A stretch of DNA of 63,719 nucleotides, filler included, from Octopus bimaculoides (GCF_001194135.2; 9 parts of 8 records of this genome joined end to end with filler, not necessarily neighbours in it), one strand, 5' to 3'. Positions 48,030 through 60,240 are shown, numbered from the whole stretch's first letter. Notes: generated by a model from the letters alone, not told the origin. Program-made: numbers and translations.

Positions 48030-48350
48030 TATATANNNNNNNNNNNNNNNNNNNNNNNNNNNNNNNNNNNNNNNNNNNNNNNNNNNNNNNNNNNNNNNNN
48101 NNNNNNNNNNNNNNNNNNNNNNNNNNNNNNNNNNNNNNNNNNNNNNNNNNNNNNNNNNNNNNNNNNNNNNNNNNNNNNNNNNNNNNNNNNNNNNNNNNNN
48201 NNNNNNNNNNNNNNNNNNNNNNNNNNNNNNNNNNNNNNNNNNNNNNNNNNNNNNNNNNNNNNNNNNNNNNNNNNNNNNNNNNNNNNNNNNNNNNNNNNNN
48301 NNNNNNNNNNNNNNNNNNNNNNNNNNNNNNNNNNNNNNNNNNNNNNNNNN

Positions 48351-48398
<48 letters not shown>

Positions 48399-48460
48399 GT
48401 ACATATATATATATATACACACATACACACACACTGATAAACATATATATATGCTTACAA

Positions 48461-48493
<33 letters not shown>

Positions 48494-49169
48494 CATATGC
48501 ATACATACATGCACACACACACATTCATGCAGACATGCGTGTGTGAATAAAAAAAGAAAGAAGTGAACAATCACTGCACAATATATAGACGGTAGATTTA
48601 TTGGAATATGTAAACTTCACAAGTCGCTTCCCCGAGTCGCACGGTTCCGATCTTCGGACGATAGTGATGAACAGACACACAAACGCACATACATATATAT
48701 GTTTACATACATACATACATACATACACACACATACATACATGCATACATACATACACACACATACATACATATAGAGCATATACAAGAAGATTTCGTCA
48801 ATCGATGTAATGTAATAAGTATGTACTATGAGTGCTCAGTTTGGTTTACCACTAAAACTTCAGCTTGAACCACAACTGAAAAGTGTGGTGTTTGAGACTT
48901 CCTGTCAAAAGTGGCTAGAAGTTGTTTCTCCTTGAGTGGATAGGTATAGATTGAAATTTAAAAAATGAACAAGCAGAACATTTGGCATCACTCGAAAAAC
49001 ATTTAATGTAAATAAAAAATATAAACGTAGCACAGAGCAGTTGGGAGAAGTCTTTTACAGCTGTTTCTAGAATAGCCAAGCATTGAGTTAAGGCTCCACA
49101 TAAGCTAAGTGTTTCATCATCGGAGAGAGAGAAGTAAGAATATATATATATATAAAATGTAACCACATG

Positions 49170-49348
49170 TGAGTCGTTGACAATTTTTTTCCACCGTCCT
49201 CCCTGCTATTGGACTTTCCTCTGTTTCCGAAGAAGAGCTTCTGCTCGAAACGTTAAACCATTTTTCCTTCCTTGAACGCCTGCTAATACATTACATGTAC
49301 CACGTCCTCGCGTTGTTGTGCCTTTTTGTGTTTGTGCTTTTTGGGATT

Positions 49349-49350
<2 letters not shown>
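49170..49350 (+). mobile_element. PLE-type 3' terminal fragment containing a minimal hammerhead
   Basis: The hammerhead at 49223-49258 is followed by a T-rich tail ending at a (TA)n run. Confidence 0.55.
49223..49258 (+). ncRNA. Minimal type-I hammerhead ribozyme with a U4->C core substitution
   Basis: GTTT-CCGAAGA-AGAGC-TTCT-GCTC-GAAA-CGTT-AAAC. Stem I GTTT/AAAC and stem II GAGC/GCTC pair perfectly, stem III is the AC/GT palindrome, and the triplet is GUU. Confidence 0.65.
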
Positions 49351-49387
<37 letters not shown>

Positions 49388-49933
49388 GTAACCACACNNN
49401 NNNNNNNNNNNNNNNNNNNNNNNNNNNNNNNNNNNNNNNNNNNNNNNNNNNNNNNNNNNNNNNNNNNNNNNNNNNNNNNNNNNNNNNNNNNNNNNNNNNN
49501 NNNNNNNNNNNNNNNNNNNNNNNNNNNNNNNNNNNNNNNNNNNNNNNNNNNNNNNNNNNNNNNNNNNNNNNNNNNNNNNNNNNNNNNNNNNNNNNNNNNN
49601 NNNNNNNNNNNNNNNNNNNNNNNNNNNNNNNNNNNNNNNNNNNNNNNNNNNNNNNNNNNNNNNNNNNNNNNNNNNNNNNNNNNNNNNNNNNNNNNNNNNN
49701 NNNNNNNNNNNNNNNNNNNNNNNNNNNNNNNNNNNNNNNNNNNNNNNNNNNNNNNNNNNNNNNNNNNNNNNNNNNNNNNNNNNNNNNNNNNNNNNNNNNN
49801 NNNNNNNNNNNNNNNNNNNNNNNNNNNNNNNNNNNNNNNNNNNNNNNNNNNNNNNNNNNNNNNNNNNNNNNNNNNNNNNNNNNNNNNNNNNNNNNNNNNN
49901 NNNNNNNNNNNNNNNNNNNNNNNNNNNNNNNNN

Positions 49934-49967
<34 letters not shown>

Positions 49968-50083
49968 CTGATCGTTCAACCACTGGTTGTGCTCTTTGGC
50001 GGGATCGTCGTGGTAATAAAATACGGAATGGAAAGCGCTACGTAGTAATTTATATAAATACAAACCAGTAACTAGTTAAATTT

Positions 50084-50174
50084 ATGCTTGAGGCAGATTC
50101 GAACCCGTAAGCATGCCTTTCAGTGTATTTTGTGACGGAGAAGTTTCTCACGGGTTCGAATATGTCTCAAGCAT
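50084..50174. repeat. Hairpin with 25-bp arms (2 mismatches) and a 41-nt loop
   Basis: ATGCTTGAGGCAGATTCGAACCCGT (50084-50108) versus ACGGGTTCGAATATGTCTCAAGCAT (50150-50174). Confidence 0.8.
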
Positions 50175-50299
50175 ATCTGAACTTGTAACAAACTTACATT
50201 ATTTACATTATTTACATTTGACGGCTATTTGTCCTCATCTTGTTTGTTGTTAACACAATCGTAACAAACTTGGATTTATTTTATTGTACTTCGTCTTTA

Positions 50300-50945
50300 G
50301 GGTGCTTATGTTTCTTGTGCAAGGAGACCCTAGTAGGCGGCAGCATCCAAAGTGAGACCTGGCAAACATCGAGAAGAGAAGGACGATGGTAGCAGGATTT
50401 CTAGACTGAAATTTCTGAGCATCCAAGAGTACATTTTGTTGGCCATATCGACATTGTTGTTGATGCGTGCACTCCAGTTCACATGGTCGTCTACAGTTAC
50501 ACTTAAGTCTCTCATATTATTTCACGCTACGAGAAGAGCTCACCAGAGGAAAGAGAATCTGGTTGTTTAAATACATTCGCTTTCCCAAAGTGGACGAGCT
50601 CAAATTTTTCTTCTTTATCAGCATGTTTTAGGTTTCTTTTTGCTATTTTTTCTTGCTTATCGAATCCCAGCGTAGAGACCGGCCATATACCTCCTCGATG
50701 ACTTTCTGGAGCCGAGAACAAACTGCAAAGACGTTTTTTTTTTCTTTTAATTTTATTATCCTATGTTTGATGACATTTGCAATGTTATTTATATAAACAA
50801 TAAGTAGAAGTGGGCTTAACACACTGCCCTGGGGGACACTGCTAATTAATTTCGCGGGTCTTGAGTAAATTCTGTCGACCAGGCATATTGGGGTCTGCTT
50901 GTCAGGAAAAATTTAATCCACTGCAGTAACTTAGTACGGACTACA
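50300..50945 (-). mobile_element. CR1/Jockey-group LINE RT remnant
   Basis: KLLQWIKFFLTSRPQ, SSVPQGSVLSPLL, KFELVHFG and RDLSVTVDDHVNWSARINNNVDMANKMYSWMLRNF appear across shifted frames. Confidence 0.75.
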
Positions 50946-51139
50946 ATGTGTGCGCGTATATATGTATATGCATGTTCGCGCGCGCACACACACACGTTCG
51001 TTTCAACTGGTTCCGGAACCCTATTACTTTGGAACCTGTTACTCGGGCGTTTCGTCAGCTCCTCAAACATGGAAACCTTGACATAGTTTATTTTTTCTTT
51101 CTGTGTGAAGAAAGGACAAAAGTCTCGGATCAATGGAAA

Positions 51140-51385
51140 TACAGCAGTAAAGCGGCGAGCTGGCAGAAACGTTAGCGCGCCGGGCGAAATGCTTAGCGGT
51201 ATTTCGTCTGCCGTTACGTTCTGAGTTCAAATTCCGCCGAGGTCGACTTTGCTTTTCATCCTTTCGGGGTCGATAAATTAAGTACCAGTTACGCACTGGG
51301 GTCGATGTAATCGACTTAACCCCTTTGTCTGTCCTTGTTTGTCCCATCTATGTTTAGCCCCTTGTGGGCAATAAAGAAATAAGGA
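51140..51385 (+). mobile_element. SINE family B, young full-length copy
   Basis: GCGGCGAGCTGGCAGAAACGTTAGCGCGCCGGGCG...GAGTTCAAATTCCGCCGAGGTCGACTTTGC.TTTCATCCTTTCGGGGTCGATAAATTAAGTACCAG...CAATAAAGAAATAA, with CpGs retained. Confidence 0.9.
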
Positions 51386-51554
51386 AATGCAGCAGTAAAT
51401 TGTATTATGATGTTGGGTGATTATTTACTTATTCGCCGACCGATATACACTCACNNNNNNNNNNNNNNNNNNNNNNNNNNNNNNNNNNNNNNNNNNNNTT
51501 AATTAATTAANNNNNNNNNNNNNNNNNNNNNNNNNNNNNNNNNNNNNNNNNNNN

Positions 51555-53150
51555 CAAAAACCTGATATAAATCCAGACCCTGTTCCACACACTTCTTCTG
51601 AAGCTGTCTAGCTGAGAATATCACATCAGAAGTGCCGCGTCCCACACGAAAGCCAGATTGACTTTCTGGAAGAATACAATCTGCAACGTATTTCAGCAGA
51701 CGATCCAGAAGTACCTTGCATAAAACCTTTCCTATGACAGAAAGCAATGATATTCCCCTATAGTTAAAACAATCATTCCTGTTGCCCTTTCCCTTATATA
51801 AGACTACTCTCCAGTCCTCAGGTACAGATTCACTAGCCCATATCCTACCAAACAAGGAGTGAAGTTGCTACAGAAGTTTCCCACCGCAATGCTGCAAAAA
51901 CTCCGCATGTATGCCATCCATACCCGGAGATCTCCCATTATTCATCCGTCAGACAGCCACCGCAACTTCTTCCGACATCGGTGGTTCCGCGAGAGCTGCC
52001 TTCACAGGTATTCAGGGATGAGATTGAGAACATCCTCACTAACTACAGACTGCTGATTCAAAAGTTCATCAAAGTGTTCACGCCACCTTCGCAGAATTCC
52101 TTGTGAATCACTAAGAAGTTCTTTACTATCCTCGCTTCGAAGGGATAGTAATTACAGTCCACGTGTTAAAATCCCTACCCGCTCTAGCATCAAAGTCACC
52201 CAGTACGATGACTTTGTCTGCCCGAGGGATATTTCTCATAATGCCCTTCAAAGCATAGTAGAAAGAAACTTCTTCGTCATCAGTATAGCACATAGTTGGA
52301 GTATACACACTCACCAACGTCCCATAATTTCCATAAACCAAAGGAATTCTCATGGACATAAGACGCTCGTTAATCTCGACTGGGAATTTATTCAACTTGT
52401 CCACAAGAGTATTCTTAACAGCAAAAGTCACTCCAGCCTCTCCTCTAAACTCTTCATCTCTCCCTTTCCAAAAGAATATATATTTTCCACAAGATTCTGT
52501 AAGATGACGATCCCCAGCTAATCACGTCTCAGATAAAGCAACAATGTCAAGATCATAGCGTCGAAGCTCATTTGCAACAAGAGCAGTCCTTCGTTCAGAA
52601 CATTCTGACGACTCGCGGTCAAGCAGTGTCCGTACATTCCAACAGCCAATATTCAATATTTTATTTGGTTCTATCACAGTAGCACGATGACGGTCGGGTT
52701 CAGACTGTGATGCTCTGGATACCCTGCCAAGCCAGACTCTTTCATCTGATGTGGTTCCAGAGTCCTTACTGGCATTTATTTTTACACTGTTTTGGTACAT
52801 CATTGATTGTTTGCTTTTTAAGGTTACAGCACTATCAACAATTATCAATTAGTTAATTAATTATTCAATCAATCAATGTTGTTATCGTGCAGTGCCTGTG
52901 CAAAAAGATTTTTTTTAAGTGAAGAAAGGCTGTGCACTGAGTCAATCCCACTTACTAAGCAACAACAGCCATAACCCGAAAAGAAGAACAAGTCAACATC
53001 ATCGGTAACCACTGAGCCGCAGGTTTTATGTCGGAGTTAACCCAGTTACCTGACTTGCCTTCTCCTAAAAGGATGCCCTAACAAGGGCTAGGGGTCCTTC
53101 ACTCCCAATGGTTTAACCGTGCGACCAGGTATTCAGTCCGATTGTTTCTA
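51555..53150 (-). mobile_element. RTE LINE 5' half: putative 5' UTR, APE (internally deleted) and RT N-terminus, running into a gap
   Basis: LNIGCWNVRTLLD...RRTALVANELRRYDLDIVALSET, GVTFAVKN, ERLMSMRIPL, VSVYTPT, VIVLGDFDAR, RWREHFDELLN, YKGKGNRNDCFNYRGISLLSVIGKVL, LPESQSGFRVGRGTSDVIFSARQLQKKC. Confidence 0.92.
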
Positions 53151-53639
53151 TACCCCCGCGCAAGATACAGCCAAAAGCTGGATAAAATAGATATAAGAAA
53201 AAAAAACACGTACTATATATAAAAAACATTGATATACAATATATATATAAAATATACGATATGGAATGCATTACAAAATATATAATGAACAAACTATTTA
53301 AAATATACAATATATAAAATTAGTGAGTAAAAGTAGGATTTACAGTAAATACATAATTACACACATATTGAATGGCCGTTGACTCCCAAGAGTTCCTCTG
53401 CCCTTTGACGGGTTTCGTTTTTCATCCCCCAGGGTGTCCAATAAACATCCTCCTCACCAAGTGGGGTTGCCGGTTTAGTCGCCGACGGCTCGACCATGCC
53501 ACAGGTCGTACTGGGTTACATGTTACCAGTAGCACTCGAAAGTGACCTGACATAACATACATACATACATACAAACATACTTACATACATACATACATGC
53601 ATGCATACATACATACATACATACATACATACATACATA

Positions 53640-54101
53640 AAGAGAACAGTTGTGGAATTCAAATGCCCAGCGAATGCTAACATAAAGCTAACGATCAATG
53701 AAAAAGAAAATACCTTCGCTAAACTATTTAGGAATCTGTAATTATTGGACCACTGGGACAAGTGTGACACACTGTCTAAATACCCATCTTGAGAAGTTAG
53801 GCTTCTCAAAACCAGGAAAGAAAAAAATGATTCGAAGACTACAAATCTAAACCATCACTGGGACTGTAAAAATCTGTATAACTTTCCAGAAGTATGTAAG
53901 TATATATGAGCATGTCTCGGCATGCAGTTATATGTATGAGAATACATACATAAAATAAAACATACAAATCTATTCATATACAAACATACAACAATACCCT
54001 GTTGATGTTGTTGAAATTCCAGTGAAGAGGCCTTGGATCTAGGTTAGAAACCGGTTGTTTCTCCATTGGCAAGAAATCTTAAAATAAAACTGTATAATGA
54101 G
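53640..54101 (+). mobile_element. RLE-type (R4/Dong-like) LINE 3' end, flanked on both sides by (CATA)n
   Basis: RTVVEFKCPANANIKLTINEKENTFAKLFRNL, VIIGPLG and THCLNTHLEKLGFSKP...IRRLQI*TITGTVKICITFQK. The 3' UTR is shared with 8312-8530 and 55413-55448. (CATA)n lies at 53551-53639 and 54102-54141. Confidence 0.78.
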
Positions 54102-54141
54102 ATACATACATACATACATACATACATACATACATACATAC

Positions 54142-54525
54142 ATTTTGGCACTCCGTCGCTTACGACATCGAGGGTTCCAGCTGATCCGATCAACGGAACA
54201 GCCTGCTCGTGAAATTAACGTGCAAGTGGCTGAGCACTCCACAGACACGTGTACACTTAACGTAGTTCTCGGGGATATTCAGCGTGACACAGTGTGACAA
54301 GGCTGACCCTTTGAATTACTGACACAACAGAAACAGGAAGTAAGAGTGAGAGAAAGTTGTGGTGAAAGAGTACAGCAGGGTACGCCACCATCTCCTGCCG
54401 GAGCGTCGTAGAGCTTTAGGTGTTTTCGCTCAATAAACACTCACAACGCCCGGTCTGGGAATCGAAACCGCGATCCTATGACCGCGAGTCCGCTTCCCTA
54501 ACCACTGGGCCATTGCGCCTCCACA
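54142..54525 (-). mobile_element. Full-length tRNA-derived SINE family D with a conserved central domain
   Basis: Reverse strand head GGAGGCGCAATGGCCCAGTGGTTAGG...GGTTTCGATTCCC. The domain GTGCTCAGCCACTTGCACGTTAATTTCACGAGCAGGCTGTTCCGTTGATCGG recurs at 23440-23535 and 59125-59260. It may correspond to a described Ceph/Nin-type SINE domain (uncertain). Confidence 0.85.
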
Positions 54526-57500
54526 CATACATACATGCATACATACATACATGCATACATACATACATACATACATACATACATACATACATACATACAA
54601 ACAAACATATAGATTTACTTACCCGAAGGAGTATTATATGATTAAATAGTAAAGTGTCTGGGAGATGGAGTTTTCCTGGCAACTGAAATAGTACTAATCA
54701 TGAACTAATACTTTTTACTTATCGCATAGATATTTCTAGTTCGCATATTTATGATCGCTACAAAAACATGTTATTTTCCAAACCCTTTTGTCTTAATTAA
54801 CATTCACCATGATATATTGAGATATTGTGGAAAATATATATTGTTAGGTCAACTACAACAATTGACCTGCATAAATATGTTACTTTCCCTCCACCCTTTT
54901 ATCTTAATTAACATTCACCATGTCATTACTTAACAGCATATTGTAAATATATACTGATAAGGCAACAACTACAACGATTGACCTAAAATATGTTCAACTT
55001 AAAGGCCAGAAGGGCTGTTTGAAAATAATTACCTGAAGACATTGAATCTAATCTTCTACAGCATGTATAAGTATACTGTGTGGATTTGAAGAGTTAACTA
55101 TTTCAACGCACACACGCTTACACATCCATTCTATTAGATACACACATACATCCATAGATCTCTGTGTATGGGTATATACACATTTACGCGCGTATGTATG
55201 CATATATATACGTCAGTGAGTGTGTGTGTGTGTGTGTGTGTGTCAGTGAGTGTGTGTGTGTGTGTGTGTATGTGTGTGCCTGTGCGTCTGTGTATGTGTA
55301 ATGACCTAGTTCAGGTTTTCATACAAATGCATTTTTAGTATTTCGACACGTTCTTGTACCTTATTTGAGGCAATCATAGAATCGTACTTTTTTCATCAAT
55401 TTGCCCATATAAATTGGCAAGAAATCTTGAAATAAAACTGAATCATGACATACATACATGCATACATACATACATACATACATACGTACGTACGTACGTC
55501 CGTACGTACATACATACATACATACATACTTCTTCGCTCATTCATTCGACACCAAACAAGTAGCTACTATTTCTACTCTCTATGGACAGGGAGAAATTAG
55601 CAAGTCAGAGCAGAATCCAGGATTGGTTTTCTTCAATCACAAACATGTTTATCTAAATCATTCGACGAATTCTATTTATACCACTTTATGAACACATGCT
55701 ACTTTCGGCTTCTTTTTTATTCATAAGAAATTTTAACTCAAAGACAGCCACTCTTCGCGCTTTGCATTCACATACAACTATGCTCACCAGACTATTTAAC
55801 ATGAGGGACGTTTTACTTTAACGAAACAAAATCACTCACTTCTGCCCGCCAATACAAATAACTCAATGGAATTTGTAAAGCATGAACGGGGTTTCCATAC
55901 AATTTACGTCTACCAAATTCGCTAATAAGGCTTTGGTCATTCCAAAGCTATAGTACAAGACTATTGCCCAAGGTGTCACCAGCTCCGAGCCGACCTATGC
56001 TTTGCAGATGAATTCGATAAACGGAAACTGTCTGTGAGTGTGAATGCGTATGTGTGTGTGTGTGTATGCATCTCCATGTATATATGTATGTATGCATGTT
56101 TCGTTAGCTCATTACGCAACCATGGACGCTACCCCTATGGATGCGTTACAGTTACACTCTTGACAGAGCTTAGTGATCCTGCCCGTTTGTCTTCTAGAAT
56201 CCCTCCGCTCACCATCAAGGCAAGAAGCACCCTTGGTTCAGTTGAGCTCTCCTGCTACCTCATTACAATCCGTCTTACTGCAGTCCCATGACTTCGCTGT
56301 ATCCCTGACAGTTTGGCTAAAGGAGCTTCTTTCAGTTACTGTCTACTAAATCCACTCACAGGCTCAGTGAGACTGAACTCGGGACCATGTGGTTGAGAAG
56401 CAAAGCTTACCACACAGCTACCTGTGAGCTTTATTTTGATATTGCCAATTAAAACTGTTATATCCAATGCATTCAAAACCTGTAATTACAAACCACGTAC
56501 TCTTTAATATTATTAAATTATTGCGCAGATAAGAACCCAGGCGAACTCTACGTGTGATGGTTGGGGGAAAATAAAGAGATTATATATTTCTTTGATATAT
56601 AGTTTATTACCGTTGATATTTCTGAAATTCCACAAGTTTTTACACATACCCCCACACACACACTTGTAAGTGAGTATATATANNNNNNNNNNNNNNNNNN
56701 NNNNNNNNNNNNNNNNNNNNNNNNNNNNNNNNNNNNNNNNNNNNNNNNNNNNNNNNNNNNNNNNNNNNNNNNNNNNNNNNNNNNNNNNNNNNNNNNNNNN
56801 NNNNNNNNNNNNNNNNNNNNNNNNNNNNNNNNNNNNNNNNNNNNNNNNNNNNNNNNNNNNNNNNNNNNNNNNNNNNNNNNNNNNNNNNNNNNNNNNNNNN
56901 NNNNNNNNNNNNNNNNNNNNNNNNNNNNNNNNNNNNNNNNNNNNNNNNNNNNNNNNNNNNNNNNNNNNTATAAATGCATGGAATGTATGTTATATGTTAT
57001 ATGGTATTTGATATCCCTTTATTTCTCCCTTATTCCTGCCACTGTCCACTCTGAATTATTTCTGTAAGTTAACTTTTGGTTAAATGACAAAAATTAACCG
57101 ACTATTTTGTCGTATATGTCTAAGTTTCATATCTGATATAAAAATACGAAAAATGATTCGCTGATGAGTCCTGTTGAGGCAAAGGTACGTGAAACGTTGT
57201 CCTGGGTTTGGGTTTCAGACGGCTAGGTTGTATTTTCTGTGCAGGTCAATTTATTTCGGAGAATTCCTAATTCTTGAAATTAACTCCCTGCTCTCATTTG
57301 GAGTTGAAGGCAATCCACATTATGCCCATGGTTAATTCAGGAAAAAATCATATCACAGGTTAATATAATCACCTGATAGTGGCTGAGGGCTCGTCTGAAC
57401 CACAATTTTAAGGGCTATCAGCTGGAACCAAAGTTATTTGCTTTTTCTTTGTTTATGGGGTCTGGGTTAAAATAACCAAATCAGGGCATATCGACCAAAA

Positions 57501-57887
57501 TTGCCTTTTTGGTGTATTGCACTTAAAAATGATTATATGCAACATCTCGCGAGCTATCAATCAAAGATAACATCCATGACATCTTCAGAAAAATGTCCAT
57601 CATGTCGCATCCAGCAATTGATTCGAAACGTCCCAGCCTTAGTTGTTCTGTTTGTGGTGAAGCTGGTCACACAGCTCGTTCTTTCAAACATTAGGTGCCT
57701 GCTTTGACAGAAGAACAATCAAGAATCGAATCACTACATTACTGACTGGTCCAGGTTACTCTTATTTATTGCTTGGCATTGTTGTTTCAATATTTGTTGT
57801 GGATTAATAAGTGATCGTTTTTCACAGTTTAGTGTAAATGATTCTGATTTTCTTTGTGAATCATGGGGGTGGTTTCATTATATATTT

Positions 57888-57920
<33 letters not shown>

Positions 57921-59124
57921 AGGTGGGGGTAGACTATGGTAAAGTTTCAATGCAGGTATTTGTTGGGAATATTTTCTTTTTTATTTTTATCTCATGTTTT
58001 GGCCCTTCTTCAATTTCGGCGTAAGCAAGGCAAAATCCTCCAAGCCGGAATCTGACCTTCCTAATCAGATTTTTAGCTCATAAAATAGGCTAATTACCAA
58101 ACAAAATTGCATTAAAGATCAATTAATTCAAGAAATTCATGAGGTTTTGAGTTTATTTTATGTTTCCTGTTTTTATACATGTTTAATCACGTTGGGAATC
58201 AATAACTACCGATTTTACCCAATTTTGGTTGGTTTTAATGTTTGGTACCCAAATTGGAAATATACTTTCTGTGTGGCCTTTTAACCCCTTTGAACTGATT
58301 TTTTCCACAGTTTATATAAAACGTTGAGGATGTTAAATATGTTGGCCCTTAAAATGTCAAAAGTTGTCATTTTTTTAAATTATCGAGTTTGAGTAGTATT
58401 TTACCAAAAATATGGATATCTTTTATACACCCCCTATTTTCTCAAATTTATGTTGGCCTATGCACTCTAGGCTGTAGCTTGGCTGAAAGACAATACAAAA
58501 TGCTCCTAAATAAGTTCAAACTGGGGTTTAAAATCGTTTTTGTGAAAGAAAATATGTTCAATCTTATGATACCAATAAAAAAAAACCCAAATTTCGTTAA
58601 ATTAGCCAACTTTAAGGAGCTATAAAAACTGAACCATACATTATTTTAAACTCAGGTATTTTACTTTGTAATCTCTTGGGTTTAGAGAACCAGAAAATAT
58701 GCATTGTAAACATCTGGGAGAAACTCCCAAAAATAATAAATTACCACTCTAAGCACAATGTGCAATCGTTACGTGCCATTTGTTTTCTTTTTTCCCGAAG
58801 GAAAAATGATTACAATCAATCAGAAATTTATATTGTATCGCATTTAATATATTTTCTTGCTATTTATATATCTGGTGGGGTTATATGTGACCCTTTAATC
58901 GTCCTACATTCCAGAGTTAACGCCAGGGATTAACTGAGTATTTTGCCTGATCATGTACGTCCTATAGTACAAACATTGTTCCTTGGTGTCTGCACAAAGA
59001 CTATAATGTACCGATTCACATGGCTAATGCTATTCAAAATTGGTTTGCATAGCACATAAATTAAGCAGACCATTGGGATTACTCTCACACACACATACAC
59101 AATGAACAGATCACAATTTAAACT

Positions 59125-59400
59125 AGCACTTCGTCGGTTACGACGACGAGGGTTCCAGTTGATTCGACCAATGGAACAGCCTGCTCGTGAAATTAACGTG
59201 CATGTGACTGAGTAGTCCACTCGCGTACACTTAATGTAGTTCTCAGGGAGATCCAGCATGATACAGAGTAAATTACAGATACTACTTATTTATGCCAGCT
59301 GAGTGGATTGGAGCAACTTGAAATAAAGTGTCTTGCTCAAGGACACAACACGCCTTACGATCGCAAGCTGATTACCCTAACCACTAAGCCGCGCGCCATC
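59125..59400 (-). mobile_element. Chimeric SINE: CORE-type head joined to the family D domain
   Basis: 59290-59400 matches the CORE-type head (CAGCTGAGTGGA.TGGAGCAAC.TGAAATAAAGTGTCTTGCTCAAG); 59125-59260 matches 54150-54280. Confidence 0.7.
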
Positions 59401-60206
59401 TCAATCTATGAAGCATTTTGGAGCAGCAAGTGAGGAACTGTGTCTCTCGACCATCGTCGCTAAAAGTACTAAAGTGTTTTCCTTGAATGTTGTCTCAAAA
59501 TTCCCTTAATATATATATATATACATATATATANNNNNNNNNNNNNNNNNNNNNNNNNNNNNNNNNNNNNNNNNNNNNNNNNNNNNNNNNNNNNNNNNNN
59601 NNNNNNNNNNNNNNNNNNNNNNNNTATATACATACATATATGTGTATATATTTATATATCTATATATACACACACACATATAGATATACATTTATGTACA
59701 TTTATATATATGCATATACGTATATTTATATGTGTGTGTGCATATATATATATTGTCTATTTTTCTTTTCCTCGCATGACCATCTTTCTTTTCCTGAACG
59801 GACGTTTAAAATAGCAGACGTGTTTTCCTTCTTTCTTTTCTCTTTTGAAAAAAAAAACAAAAAAAATGTTTCTCCCACCGTTCAGTATTTTCCTCTCATT
59901 CTGATCCAACGATCCTGCATGTTTGTTTTCGTTCGGTTTCCTTGTATGTCTCCACTGTCATTTTTTTTTTTTTGTTCACAACTTAGACCTTCTATAAATC
60001 CTAAATTTTATTTTGGAATTTATGGGAGCACCTGTCTTTGAAGACTCATATTGTCGTTGAATGCTCGAAATAAGAAGCAGATAGACAGCCGACAACTGAC
60101 GAAGGGTCTTTCTCTGTGTTTAATTGTCCTATTTTCCTTTTTTTTCTTGATATTTACGTATTTCATGTTATTTGTACCGTTGGTGACGTCCTGTACTGAT
60201 ATATGC

Positions 60207-60240
<34 letters not shown>

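Noticed and set aside
54440-54525. tRNA gene (also 61578-61650 and family A heads)
   Set aside because: A/B boxes are present but continue into multi-copy SINE bodies with no intact cloverleaf acceptor stem; these are SINE heads.
846-59691. Long ORFs in the supplied track spanning X runs
   Set aside because: They are open only because N gaps contain no stop codons.
60040-60200. Hammerhead at CTGACGAAGGG (about 60097)
   Set aside because: No downstream GAAA or stem III; at most a decayed PLE tail.
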